This document shows positions 55,638-64,000 of a stretch of DNA of 64,000 bases, one piece after another (position 1 is the first letter of the stretch; the number at the start of each line of letters is the position of its first letter). Source of the DNA: Verrucomicrobiota bacterium (GTDB lineage Bacteria; Chlamydiota; Chlamydiia; Chlamydiales; 2-12-FULL-49-11). The DNA lies in assembly GCA_018240105.1 (NCBI GenBank), contig JAFEGE010000065.1, positions 1,804-65,803 on the forward strand, in the 5' to 3' direction. The position numbers and the translations under genes are program-made. The notes beneath the pieces are model-generated. The model made no database searches, was not told the DNA's origin, and saw only the letters and a list, made by a program, of their open reading frames with translations.

Positions 55638-56966
55638 ATGAGCGAAACCATTTTAGAGACAAAAGATTACCAGTCAGAAAAGATCGATCTACGTGTAGAG
55701 ATTAAGCCTGCTTGCCACATCTCCATGACGGCGAAAGTACGCCCCGATCTCATGAACAGCTCTAGAAAAAAAGCCATCCGTGAAATCGCTAAAGACGTCT
55801 CTGTTCCAGGCTTCCGTAAAGGCAAAGTGCCGGCAGATTTTGTAGAAAAAAATTACCCAGACGCCATTACTCAGGGCTGGGATAAAGCTTTGGCAGATCA
55901 GGTCTTTGCAGAAGCGCAAGGGCTTGCTAAAATCCCTCTCTTACAAGGTAACACGCGCATCTCTTACAAAGTAAATAAGCTTAGCGAAGAGGGCGGCGAA
56001 GTCTCTTTTGATTTTGAATCAGAGCCGCTTGTACCAGAGATCTCTTTGTCAAATATTTCCTTACCAGAGGTTCGCGAAGACGAAATCACCGAAGAGCGAG
56101 TTCAAGAGACTCTAAAGACGATCCAAATGTTTTATGCCAAGTGGCGCCACGTAGAGGATCGCCCTGTACAAGAAGGCGACTTTGTTGTTTTAGATATCGA
56201 TGATTTAGATGCAGAGACACCGACGCAAGTTTTTTCTAATGCCCGCTTTGAAGTCAATCGTAAGACAATGGCCTTCTGGATGCATGATCTTATTGTCGGC
56301 AAAACTAAAGGTGACGCTGTTGAAGGGGTTAGCGAAGCAAATCCTGAAGATTCTGAAGAGATCAAAAAGCAGTTTCAGAAGAAACGGGTAAAGATTCACA
56401 TTAAAGAAGTAGAAGAGGCCGTTTTACCACCTGTTGATAATGAGTTTGCAAGTAAACTTGGCACACCTGATGTAGAGACCCTTCATACAAAATTACATAG
56501 CCTTCTAAAGAAGCAAGCGCATGAAAGAATGCAAAACGAGCTTCGTGAAAAGCTTGCTGACAGCCTTGTGCACGCAGTAAAATTCGACCTGCCAAGCTCT
56601 CTTCTTGAAAAAGAGGCGAACTTCCGCATGAACGCTCTTATGAAAGAGCCAAACTTTGCCAAAGAGTGGAATGAACTCATGACTCCTGAGCAAAAAGAGG
56701 CTAAGAAGAAAGAGGTTGTAGAACACGCTAAAAATGCTTTGATGCTCTTTTACATCTGCCGCCATATCATTATTGAGAACAAGATCCCTCTATCGCAAGA
56801 AGAGTTCTTACCTAACTACGATAGCCTTATAGATGCTATGTTTGCTGATCCAGCTCGCGTTCATCTACAAAACCAATCCAAAGAGCAGCAAGCTGTTGAA
56901 TATTCTCGCTTCCTTATTGCAAAGGCGCAAGATTTCCTCATCGACAAACTGCGCTCATCTAGATAA
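55638..56966 (+). CDS. tig: trigger factor
   Basis: N-terminal ribosome-binding region with GFRKGKVP motif. Precedes clpP-clpX in the conserved order. Confidence 0.9.
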   Translation: MSETILETKDYQSEKIDLRVEIKPACHISMTAKVRPDLMNSSRKKAIREIAKDVSVPGFRKGKVPADFVEKNYPDAITQGWDKALADQVFAEAQGLAKIPLLQGNTRISYKVNKLSEEGGEVSFDFESEPLVPEISLSNISLPEVREDEITEERVQETLKTIQMFYAKWRHVEDRPVQEGDFVVLDIDDLDAETPTQVFSNARFEVNRKTMAFWMHDLIVGKTKGDAVEGVSEANPEDSEEIKKQFQKKRVKIHIKEVEEAVLPPVDNEFASKLGTPDVETLHTKLHSLLKKQAHERMQNELREKLADSLVHAVKFDLPSSLLEKEANFRMNALMKEPNFAKEWNELMTPEQKEAKKKEVVEHAKNALMLFYICRHIIIENKIPLSQEEFLPNYDSLIDAMFADPARVHLQNQSKEQQAVEYSRFLIAKAQDFLIDKLRSSR

Positions 56967-56996
56967 GCTCGCTCATCTATCTGAATAGACACAGTT

Positions 56997-57039
56997 GCTG
57001 CTTTTTTACCTTATTTTGAAATAAGGAAGAGAAAGCAGC
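56997..57039 (+). terminator. nested hairpin downstream of tig (possible terminator)
   Basis: gctgcttt...aaagcagc outer stem enclosing ccttatt-ttga-aataagg. Weak U-tract. Confidence 0.45.
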
Positions 57040-57098
57040 TTTAAACTCCCCTATAGCTTTTTCATAAAAATCCATTTTTAGATACTTACCTCTTTTTC

Positions 57099-57127
57099 TT
57101 GACCGCAAGCGAGGTGTTCCTTATACT
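57099..57127 (+). promoter_or_regulatory. candidate sigma-66/70 promoter for clpP-clpX
   Basis: TTGACC (57099-57104), 17-nt spacer, TATACT (57122-57127), about 80 nt upstream of the clpP ATG. Confidence 0.55.
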
Positions 57128-57207
57128 CAGGAAAAATAGTATTGAAATACAGACACGCCTAAGGCGTGCTTTCTGTCTCTATTGAAATTTAGCTAAAAAG
57201 GTTAGAC

Positions 57208-57801
57208 ATGACATTCGTGCCGTATATTTTAGAAGAAACTCCTAAGGGCGAGCGATCGATGGATATTTATTCCAGGCTTTTGCAGGATCGGATTATCTTG
57301 CTCGGCACAGAAGTATCCGATGTGGTTGCGAATAACGTAATTGCGCAGCTTATCTTTCTACGCGCTAATGAACCTAATAAACCCATTAGCTTATATATCA
57401 ATTCTCCAGGCGGCTCTATCTCTGCAGGTCTTGCTATTTACGATACCATCCAATACTTAGAGTGTGAAGTAAACACCTACTGCATAGGTCTTGCTGCTTC
57501 TATGGGCGCTCTTCTTCTCGCAGCAGGTACAAAAGGCAGAAGATATGCTCTACCTAACAGCCGTATCATGATTCACCAGCCGCATGCAGGTATTACAGGG
57601 ACAGCGCAAGATATTCAAATCCAAGCCAAAGAGATTCTCTATCTCAAAAAGATCACAGCTGATATCCTTAGCAAGCATACAGGACAAAACCTTGCTAAAA
57701 TTTTAGAAGATACAGAGCGAGATTTTTTCCTCAGTGCAGACGAGGCTGTAGAGTACGGCCTTATTGACAACGTAATACGCTCTAAAAAAGAGAAGAAATA
57801 G
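57208..57801 (+). CDS. clpP: ATP-dependent Clp protease proteolytic subunit
   Basis: [14 protein letters not shown]...[11 protein letters not shown] (Ser) ...IMIHQP (His) catalytic context. Confidence 0.95.
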   Translation: MTFVPYILEETPKGERSMDIYSRLLQDRIILLGTEVSDVVANNVIAQLIFLRANEPNKPISLYINSPGGSISAGLAIYDTIQYLECEVNTYCIGLAASMGALLLAAGTKGRRYALPNSRIMIHQPHAGITGTAQDIQIQAKEILYLKKITADILSKHTGQNLAKILEDTERDFFLSADEAVEYGLIDNVIRSKKEKK

Positions 57802-57807
57802 CACCCT

Positions 57808-59061
57808 ATGTCTACAAACGGCGATGCCCCTAAGTGTTCCTTTTGCTCTAGACCAGAAGATAGCGTAGAAAAGCTTATCTCTGGCCCTAATGCTTATATT
57901 TGCGATAAATGCGTACGACTCTGTATTGATATCGTTTCGAAAAAACCTGTTCACTTCGAAATGAAGGTCTTAAAACCCAAAGAGATCGTAGAAAAGCTAA
58001 ACGACTATATTATCGGACAAGAGCAGGCTAAAAAAACTTTAGCTGTTGCGGTATATAACCACTACAAACGTATTCGCTCGCACAGTAGCGAGGAGAAAAG
58101 CCCTGACACCGTTGAGTATAGCAAATCTAACGTATTACTTTTAGGACCAACAGGGACTGGTAAAACACTTCTAGCCCGAACACTTGCTGCTGTTTTAGAT
58201 GTACCCTTTGCGATTGTCGATGCGACGACTTTGACAGAGGCTGGCTACGTTGGTGAAGACGTAGAAAATATCATACTAAGACTCTTGCAAAATGCTGATT
58301 ACGATTTAGCTCGCACAGAACACGGCATTATTTACGTAGATGAGATCGATAAGATTGCTAAAACAACCTCTAACGTCTCTATCACACGCGATGTCTCCGG
58401 TGAAGGTGTCCAGCAAGCCCTCCTTAAAATTGTAGAGGGAACCATTGCCAACGTACCGCCTAAAGGTGGTCGTAAGCACCCAAACCAAGACTATATCAAA
58501 GTTAATACAGAGAACATCCTTTTCATCGTCGGTGGCGCTTTTGTACACCTGCCTGATATTATCTCTAAACGCCTTGGCAAAGGGATGATCGGTTTTGATG
58601 AAGAGCTTGCTCGTCACCACCGCGATATTAACGAGATCAACTACCTTCTCTCACAAGTAGAGACAGAAGATCTTGTCAAATACGGCATGATCCCTGAATT
58701 TGTGGGCCGCTTTAATAGCATTGCTAACTGTAACGAACTTTCTGTGCAAGATCTCATGGAGATTTTAGTAAAGCCAAAGAATGCGATCACAAAACAGTAC
58801 CAGCGCCTCTTCCAAGAAGATGGCGTGCAGCTTCACTTTACAGACGATGCTCTAGAAGCTATGGCTGTTAAGGCAAAAGAAGCTGGAACTGGTGCTCGCG
58901 CTCTTCGTATGATCACAGAAAACGTTTTGATAGATCTTATGTATGAAGTGCCATCTGATGCCGACATCACAGATGTCATCATCGATAAAGAGTGCATTGC
59001 GGGCACCAAAGTGCCTATTATCCAACGCTCCTCTGACCGCTCACAAGAGTCTTCTGGGTAA
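57808..59061 (+). CDS. clpX: ATP-dependent Clp protease ATP-binding subunit ClpX
   Basis: N-terminal zinc ribbon CSFC...CDKC. Walker [18 protein letters not shown] Walker B. Confidence 0.95.
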   Translation: MSTNGDAPKCSFCSRPEDSVEKLISGPNAYICDKCVRLCIDIVSKKPVHFEMKVLKPKEIVEKLNDYIIGQEQAKKTLAVAVYNHYKRIRSHSSEEKSPDTVEYSKSNVLLLGPTGTGKTLLARTLAAVLDVPFAIVDATTLTEAGYVGEDVENIILRLLQNADYDLARTEHGIIYVDEIDKIAKTTSNVSITRDVSGEGVQQALLKIVEGTIANVPPKGGRKHPNQDYIKVNTENILFIVGGAFVHLPDIISKRLGKGMIGFDEELARHHRDINEINYLLSQVETEDLVKYGMIPEFVGRFNSIANCNELSVQDLMEILVKPKNAITKQYQRLFQEDGVQLHFTDDALEAMAVKAKEAGTGARALRMITENVLIDLMYEVPSDADITDVIIDKECIAGTKVPIIQRSSDRSQESSG

Positions 59062-59078
59062 GAATTTCTTACCCTTTT
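59056..59078. terminator. palindromic hairpin spanning both convergent stop codons (clpX and 59069 gene)
   Basis: gggtaagaa-t-ttcttaccc followed by tttt. The clpX TAA (59059-61) and the minus-strand TAA (59071-69) each lie in one arm. Confidence 0.6.
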
Positions 59079-60631
59079 AAAACTCGTCCTAGAGTAGCTG
59101 CAGCGCCGTCTATCACTTCTTGAGATCTACTTGCCGCTTGTTTCTCTAGCTCCGTTTGCATCTCTCGTATCTTCTTGGCTTCTTCTTTCATAGTGGCTTT
59201 ACATGCCGCAAGAGCTGGATCTGATAGACCACCGAAGAAGTATTCCATAGAACCTTCTACAGCTGGATCTTCTACCTCTGGAGCTGCTGGAGCAGGAGCT
59301 GCATCCGCTGCGGCAGGTAATGCGACTGGAGGATCCCTTGATGGAAGAGGTACTGCAAAACTTTCTGCAATAGCAAGTAAGCCTGTCTCAGCAACAGGTG
59401 CTTCAAAAGGAGAAAATTCTCCTTTAATAACATAGTCACCAGAAGCCTCTCTTTCTTCTAAGAGGCGTGCTACAAGCCTTACGTAACGTAAATCTTCTCG
59501 CGTTAAAGGATCATGAGCTCTACGCAGTACTTTATGTCTAACAAAGCCAAGGGCGCCTCCTCTTCTACCAAGACCTTCTTTTTGAAGCGCCTCAACAATC
59601 AACTTTTGAGCCTCTCCTGAAGATAAAGTACTACCATGCTGAGCTCTTATAGCAAGAGCTGTTGCAAGAGCCCATCTATCTCTTCCCTCTAACTCTCTTT
59701 TTCTTGCCTCTAAAATTGCTCTATCTTTTGGCAGTAAACCCTCTACCTTAAGCCCACTCTCTACAGCTCTTAAGAGCGCTTCAGCTCCAGCCTCACAAAC
59801 CGCTACACTTCGAACAGCTTCTCGCATTTTTTCTATTTCTGCAGAGGGACAAATTACTCCTACACTTCTGACGAGATCTTGCGCTGTACTTGGAAGCATC
59901 TCTCTTCTCAAAGGCCTTACATCTTCTCTTAAACTCGATGGTGCGCCTCTAGCCCCCGGACGACCCTTGTCATAAATGCGATAGGGTTGCTGCACAGCCA
60001 AAGAGTGCTCATGTATAGCTGTCTCTAATTCCTCTAAATTTAAATAGTTAGCTATAGCCTCATCGCGTAGACTTCCTGTGTAGATTTGTCCACCTTCCGC
60101 TTTTTGCCATCTTATTCTTCTTGTTTGTGGGTTAATCTCAAAACGAAAATCTTGGATACGATCTGAAGCAATTTGCCCTTTACTAGGATCTATCTGACAG
60201 AGCGCCTTTGCAACAATCGCTTTGATACGAAGAAAGGTCTCTTCAATACGCTCTTTACCACCACCCGTATCATAAGCAACAGAAGCAGCCCCAATATTTT
60301 TAGTAGTAAATATTTCAAAGTTACGTCTCGGGGTTGTAGTTTCTGCTCTCGCAGCGTGAGGCGAGGCCTCTCTATCAACTAAAGTACCACCACCTACTCC
60401 TCCTCTTTCTGCTACTCCCTCGGCTCTAGAATCTACTGGAGAAAAAACAGCGCGCACAGAGGTTGCAGCCTGAGAAGAATCTTCTCCACTAGGGGTAAGT
60501 CTAACAACAACACGATCTACGTCGGTTGCCGTTGTTATAGCTTCTGTAGCCGGGCTTAAGCGAACCCTTACTCCCTCAGCATCTAATGCTACTGGGGTGA
60601 ACTCGACTCTTACTCCTGTTGCTGCTTGCAT
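59069..60631 (-). CDS. hypothetical soluble protein; candidate type III secretion substrate adjacent to the translocator operon
   Basis: 520 aa, no TM segment, Ala/Arg/Glu-rich. N-terminal about 70 aa carry four VR(V/A)x(F/L)(S/T)P-type repeats. Own RBS (GGAG) after a hairpin. Confidence 0.5.
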   Translation of the reverse strand: MQAATGVRVEFTPVALDAEGVRVRLSPATEAITTATDVDRVVVRLTPSGEDSSQAATSVRAVFSPVDSRAEGVAERGGVGGGTLVDREASPHAARAETTTPRRNFEIFTTKNIGAASVAYDTGGGKERIEETFLRIKAIVAKALCQIDPSKGQIASDRIQDFRFEINPQTRRIRWQKAEGGQIYTGSLRDEAIANYLNLEELETAIHEHSLAVQQPYRIYDKGRPGARGAPSSLREDVRPLRREMLPSTAQDLVRSVGVICPSAEIEKMREAVRSVAVCEAGAEALLRAVESGLKVEGLLPKDRAILEARKRELEGRDRWALATALAIRAQHGSTLSSGEAQKLIVEALQKEGLGRRGGALGFVRHKVLRRAHDPLTREDLRYVRLVARLLEEREASGDYVIKGEFSPFEAPVAETGLLAIAESFAVPLPSRDPPVALPAAADAAPAPAAPEVEDPAVEGSMEYFFGGLSDPALAACKATMKEEAKKIREMQTELEKQAASRSQEVIDGAAATLGRVLKG

Positions 60632-60640
60632 CTTTATCTC

Positions 60641-60679
60641 CTATAAAAAAATATAAGAAAGGGTCTTTAAGACCCCTTC
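60641..60679 (-). terminator. possible rho-independent terminator between the CopD-like gene and the 59069 gene
   Basis: Minus strand: gaaggggtc-ttaaa-gaccctttc followed by ttatattttttt. Confidence 0.45.
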
Positions 60680-60702
60680 TTTTTACCCTTTCTCTCTTTT
60701 TA

Positions 60703-61680
60703 TTATGCCGACATACCTCGACCAATATCGCGTAGAGCTAACAAGGAGTCTTTAAGCCCCTCAACGCCCAATTGTGTAGAAGCTGCCTCACCACTCATAA
60801 CACTTCTTACAAATTCGGAATCAGCACTTAAGACGGCTTGATCCGCATTCGCTTTGGCTTTCTCTTGCGTAGCATCTGCTTGGTATACGGTAGCAGCACC
60901 AGTTGCCACACTACCAGCCGTACTAAAAGCTGAGTTAATAGTGCTTGCTGTTGTCTGCCTTTGAGTAATGCGTGAGTGCTGAATATCCAGTGTCTGTTTA
61001 AAATATTTACCAGCCTGCGCTTGTAAAGCATCAGATTCTGCCTCGGTTCTACCAGACGCCATAATCTCTCTTAAACTATAGGATTCTCCGGATTCTGCAG
61101 CACGGCTTGTATATCGCGTTTCTAACCCCTCTGTAGGCTTTTTATTAACAAAAAGTCTCTTACCGGCAAGCTGTCTTCGTAGATCAGCAAGCTCTATATC
61201 TCTATCACCTCCAAGCTCTCCTACTGCTGGTCCATGTTCTGTATGGTAGTTAATAGGTTTTTCGTTCATCTCTTGAGTTACTTTTTGAGCCGTTTGCACA
61301 TCAGCCGCTTCTTTCCGTCCAGACAAGTTGCCATGCGCAAATGTGACAGCACTACCTATAAGAGTTAGACCGGCACTCGTAAGCATGCCTGCGGCCTGAT
61401 CTTTCATGGCCTCGGCCTCTTTTTGCCCTCCACGGACGATTGTAGCAGCCGTATCATTGGCAATCTGCCCTTGGATAACAGCCGTATGTTGTTGCTCTTC
61501 GGCCATAGAGAGGCCAAGCTCTTTAGCAGCACGGCTCATCTCTAAGAGGGAGCCTACGCATACAGCGCCAGGTCCAAAGATGAAAAAACCATCTTGATCT
61601 CCGTGACTCTTAGATTTTGCTTTATCTGTCGGTACCGCATCTTCTCTTCTTGTAACCATTGTGTATGAAGTTGTACTCAT
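60703..61680 (-). CDS. candidate T3SS minor hydrophobic translocator (CopD/YopD-like)
   Basis: Start moved to the ATG at 61680 (AAGGAG RBS 7 nt upstream). One central hydrophobic segment (AAGMLTSAGLTLIGSAVTFA). Lies immediately downstream of the CopB-like gene. Confidence 0.5.
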   Translation of the reverse strand: MSTTSYTMVTRREDAVPTDKAKSKSHGDQDGFFIFGPGAVCVGSLLEMSRAAKELGLSMAEEQQHTAVIQGQIANDTAATIVRGGQKEAEAMKDQAAGMLTSAGLTLIGSAVTFAHGNLSGRKEAADVQTAQKVTQEMNEKPINYHTEHGPAVGELGGDRDIELADLRRQLAGKRLFVNKKPTEGLETRYTSRAAESGESYSLREIMASGRTEAESDALQAQAGKYFKQTLDIQHSRITQRQTTASTINSAFSTAGSVATGAATVYQADATQEKAKANADQAVLSADSEFVRSVMSGEAASTQLGVEGLKDSLLALRDIGRGMSA

Positions 61681-61699
61681 ATAGTTTCTCCTTAATAAA

Positions 61700-63589
61700 T
61701 TATGATAAAGCTCTATCAGCTGCAGCAAAAGTGCGGCCTGAAGAGTCACTTAAAGTTTTCATAGAGGCTGCAAGCCCTTTTGTAATCTGAGAGATCATCT
61801 GATCGCTCTTACGCATAGCAGCTTCATTTGTATTAATACCTGTTGTCGCTATCGAAAGCGTCCCCTGCCATGTAGCAAGATCCGCTAGAGCACTGCTTGC
61901 CTTTAGATAGTTCAAACCGGACTGTATTTCTGTAACACCTTTATAAGCTTGGCTACCCGCCTGCACAAAGGTATCGAATAGGAAAATATACGAGGAGTAA
62001 GCAAGAATCTTCTGTCCATAGGTTGCAAAGAATTTTGCCGCACCACCAGGTAAAACTTGTCCTAGTTTAGCAAGTAACCCGCCGCCTGCTCCTGTAGGCA
62101 GAAGAGCCTTACCAAGCCCTATGCAAAGTATCGTAGCAAGAACCGTTGCCGCAATATCAAGCCCTGTGACTAAGTCTTTATGTTTTTTTGCCCATACAGG
62201 GTCTAACATCATAAAGTCTTTGATAATGTTTGTGCTAATAAGCGCCATAACGCTATTAAAAGTCGCAATCTTTGCTCCCTGTGCAAGAGCCGCACCAAGC
62301 TTGCTGCCTGTCTTAGCCACGGCTCCGGCTCCCTCTGCTGCAGCTTCACCGACTTCTGCGCCTTCCGCTCCGACTTCACCGACTGCATCCGCTGCACTAG
62401 TTGCAGCACCTAACCCTAAAGTTAAGACAGCCACAACAACCGTTGCGACAACTGAGCCGATTATATGACCGATAGCATTTGCTTTTTGATCTGCTAAAGA
62501 CTCGGCTTCCTCTTTAGAGTAGCCTTGTTTTATGTACTCTTGTACAAACTGCGGCTTTAAGTCAGACGCTATCTTATCACCGATCGCGCTTACAATTTTT
62601 GAGAAGGCAGGTGATGCCATAAAAGCAGTAACAGCAATAGCTACCACGACCGCAGCAGCACCGCCCGTTACAGCAGCAATCACAGCACCTATAACAGCTG
62701 CAACCGCTTCAATAAGGTATTTCCACCACGGGGTGTGCTCAGCTGCCTCTTGAGCTGCTTGTGCCGCCTTTATGTCTGCTGCAATGTTAGCCTGTGCCGT
62801 TGTAGCATTTTGTATAAGCATTTTGCTTATAGACATCTGGGCTTCATCTTGCTTTGTTTGCCCTTTTGTTACAGCGCATTGTACTTGCGCTACAACCATC
62901 ATAAGCATACCCTCTATCATCGTATAAGGGGTTTGGTCTGTATCATCATCGGTATCGGTTACATACTTATCAAAAGAGGCCTTTAGCCCTGGAAATTTTT
63001 CTGAAAGTTTAGAAGCCGCCTCTTTTGATCCAGTACAAACAAGAAGAGTTGCCTCTTCTATGTCTGTATTTGTCAGTTTATAAGAGGCCATCTCATCAAG
63101 TAATTTACCTAAATTAGCCCCGTTAGAAGGATCAACAATCTTTGCTAAACGCTCCTTTACCTCATTTTGCAGAGTTGTAAGGCTCTCTCCTAAATCGCCC
63201 ATTAAAGGCATTAAAAGTTTACCTAAGTAAGCGACATGGCTTGGGTGAAAGATCTCTTTATCCATAATAGAGAGGAGTGTCTCTGCAACTTTTGCGCGCG
63301 CTTTATCGCTGCTCTGTGCATAGCTTACTAAAGAGGGGCCCATAGCATCGAGAAGCTCTTCCCTCGATTCTCTTGTTAAAGAAGAGAGTCTTGTAACAAC
63401 AGACTCTAAAAAATCCGTCCTTACAGAACCTTTACCACTCACGCCTTTATCCTGCACGCCCCCTGTTGAAGGCATAAGCTCCGTTAGTTGCGATAAGAGT
63501 ACAGCTGAGGCTGCATCCATCTTTTTGCGCTCTTTTCTTCCGGTCTCTTGGACATTATCTACAAAAATTGTATCGATGAATGCTGCCAT
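61700..63589 (-). CDS. candidate T3SS major hydrophobic translocator (CopB/YopB/IpaB/SseC-like)
   Basis: 629 aa. Helical N-terminal half, then hydrophobic Ala/Val/Gly-rich segments (WWKYLIEAVAAVIGAVIAAVTGGAAAVVVAIAVTAF; IIGSVVATVVVAVLTLGLGAA; IAATVLATILCIGLG). Confidence 0.6.
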   Translation of the reverse strand: MAAFIDTIFVDNVQETGRKERKKMDAASAVLLSQLTELMPSTGGVQDKGVSGKGSVRTDFLESVVTRLSSLTRESREELLDAMGPSLVSYAQSSDKARAKVAETLLSIMDKEIFHPSHVAYLGKLLMPLMGDLGESLTTLQNEVKERLAKIVDPSNGANLGKLLDEMASYKLTNTDIEEATLLVCTGSKEAASKLSEKFPGLKASFDKYVTDTDDDTDQTPYTMIEGMLMMVVAQVQCAVTKGQTKQDEAQMSISKMLIQNATTAQANIAADIKAAQAAQEAAEHTPWWKYLIEAVAAVIGAVIAAVTGGAAAVVVAIAVTAFMASPAFSKIVSAIGDKIASDLKPQFVQEYIKQGYSKEEAESLADQKANAIGHIIGSVVATVVVAVLTLGLGAATSAADAVGEVGAEGAEVGEAAAEGAGAVAKTGSKLGAALAQGAKIATFNSVMALISTNIIKDFMMLDPVWAKKHKDLVTGLDIAATVLATILCIGLGKALLPTGAGGGLLAKLGQVLPGGAAKFFATYGQKILAYSSYIFLFDTFVQAGSQAYKGVTEIQSGLNYLKASSALADLATWQGTLSIATTGINTNEAAMRKSDQMISQITKGLAASMKTLSDSSGRTFAAADRALS

Positions 63590-63593
63590 AACC

Positions 63594-64000
63594 TTACCCT
63601 CCCCAAACGGAAATATTATTTAATACACTGTCTTGTATATTGTTTACATCTCTTGTAGCTGTAACAAGTTTACCTGTATCATCTGATTCGTTACTAATCG
63701 ATGTCGTTTGGGCCTGTGTTACAGACTGGTAGTTTTGCGCCTGTGTACTTGCCTTAACCTGCAAAACCTGAAAGCCCGCAAGAGCATCAGATCCTGTATA
63801 TCCACAGGTATGTATTTGATCGGCGCAGTTAGCTAGAGCATTGTTTGCCTCTTCAATCGCTGAACTTGCGGCCATCGCACACTCTTGGGCGACTTTTGCG
63901 TTACTACTCTCAATACCTATCTCCCCTTCAATCCCTTTCACATAGGCTTCCATTAAGAGAAGCATGGGGTTTTGTTGTAAGTCCCATATGTGACCAGACC
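63594..64000 (-). CDS. hypothetical protein upstream of the translocator genes (5' end may lie beyond the window)
   Basis: The open frame has no stop between 63965 and the window end. Helical, Gln/Ala/Ser-rich. Its position matches the small gene between the chaperone and copB in chlamydial loci. Confidence 0.4.
   Translation of the reverse strand, partial: SGHIWDLQQNPMLLLMEAYVKGIEGEIGIESSNAKVAQECAMAASSAIEEANNALANCADQIHTCGYTGSDALAGFQVLQVKASTQAQNYQSVTQAQTTSISNESDDTGKLVTATRDVNNIQDSVLNNISVWGG

Noticed and set aside
62121-62753. Plus-strand ORFs (115 aa, 73 aa) inside the CopB-like gene, with similar antisense ORFs in the PiT (43212-44117) and mreB (49021-49761) genes
   Set aside because: These are typical stop-free antisense frames of Ala/Gly/Val-rich genes. 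They have no RBS and no independent signal.

Overview
Gene-dense window (about 90% coding) whose content and synteny point to the phylum Chlamydiae. It is probably an environmental chlamydia rather than Chlamydia sensu stricto; that placement is inference from gene content, with no search run. Chlamydial hallmarks: plastid-type glycerol-3-phosphate acyltransferase next to an M16 insulinase; kdsA-X-lptB; a SWIB-domain protein; a SWIM-SNF2 helicase; tig-clpP-clpX; GTP-dependent PEPCK beside mreB; and a type III secretion translocator locus (CopB/CopD-like) at the right end. I call about 60 CDS and 5 tRNAs: Leu-CAA, Arg-TCG, Leu-GAG, Arg-TCT, Gly-GCC. There is no rRNA, no CRISPR, no integrase or transposase, and no recognisable defence island. 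Corrections to the ORF track: (1) prfB needs the classical +1 programmed frameshift (CTT TGA C), which restores 24 N-terminal codons; (2) a chloramphenicol-phosphotransferase-like kinase is split by an in-frame TGA; (3) a 57-codon CDS falls below the track cutoff; (4) several starts are moved to internal ATGs with better RBS or signal peptides; (5) the HAD hydrolase and nfo have no canonical start codon where homology requires one. Most interesting non-housekeeping signals: (a) a tandemly duplicated module of an unknown protein family just downstream of the SNF2 helicase, with conserved leaders and hairpins, one copy carrying a 164-bp MITE-like insertion; (b) a structured about 40-100 nt repeat family in three intergenic regions; (c) a five-gene translationally coupled operon, hpf / HsdR_N-like / two Maf-DUF115-like proteins (one with MORN repeats) / M15 lipoprotein peptidase; (d) a secreted pyruvyl-transferase/beta-propeller fusion plus GT2 and GT9 genes around the LPS genes; (e) a DHH phosphoesterase with about 350 aa inserted between its catalytic motifs; (f) the T3SS translocator operon with an adjacent repeat-bearing effector candidate. 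All function calls rest on motif recognition by eye, with no database search.
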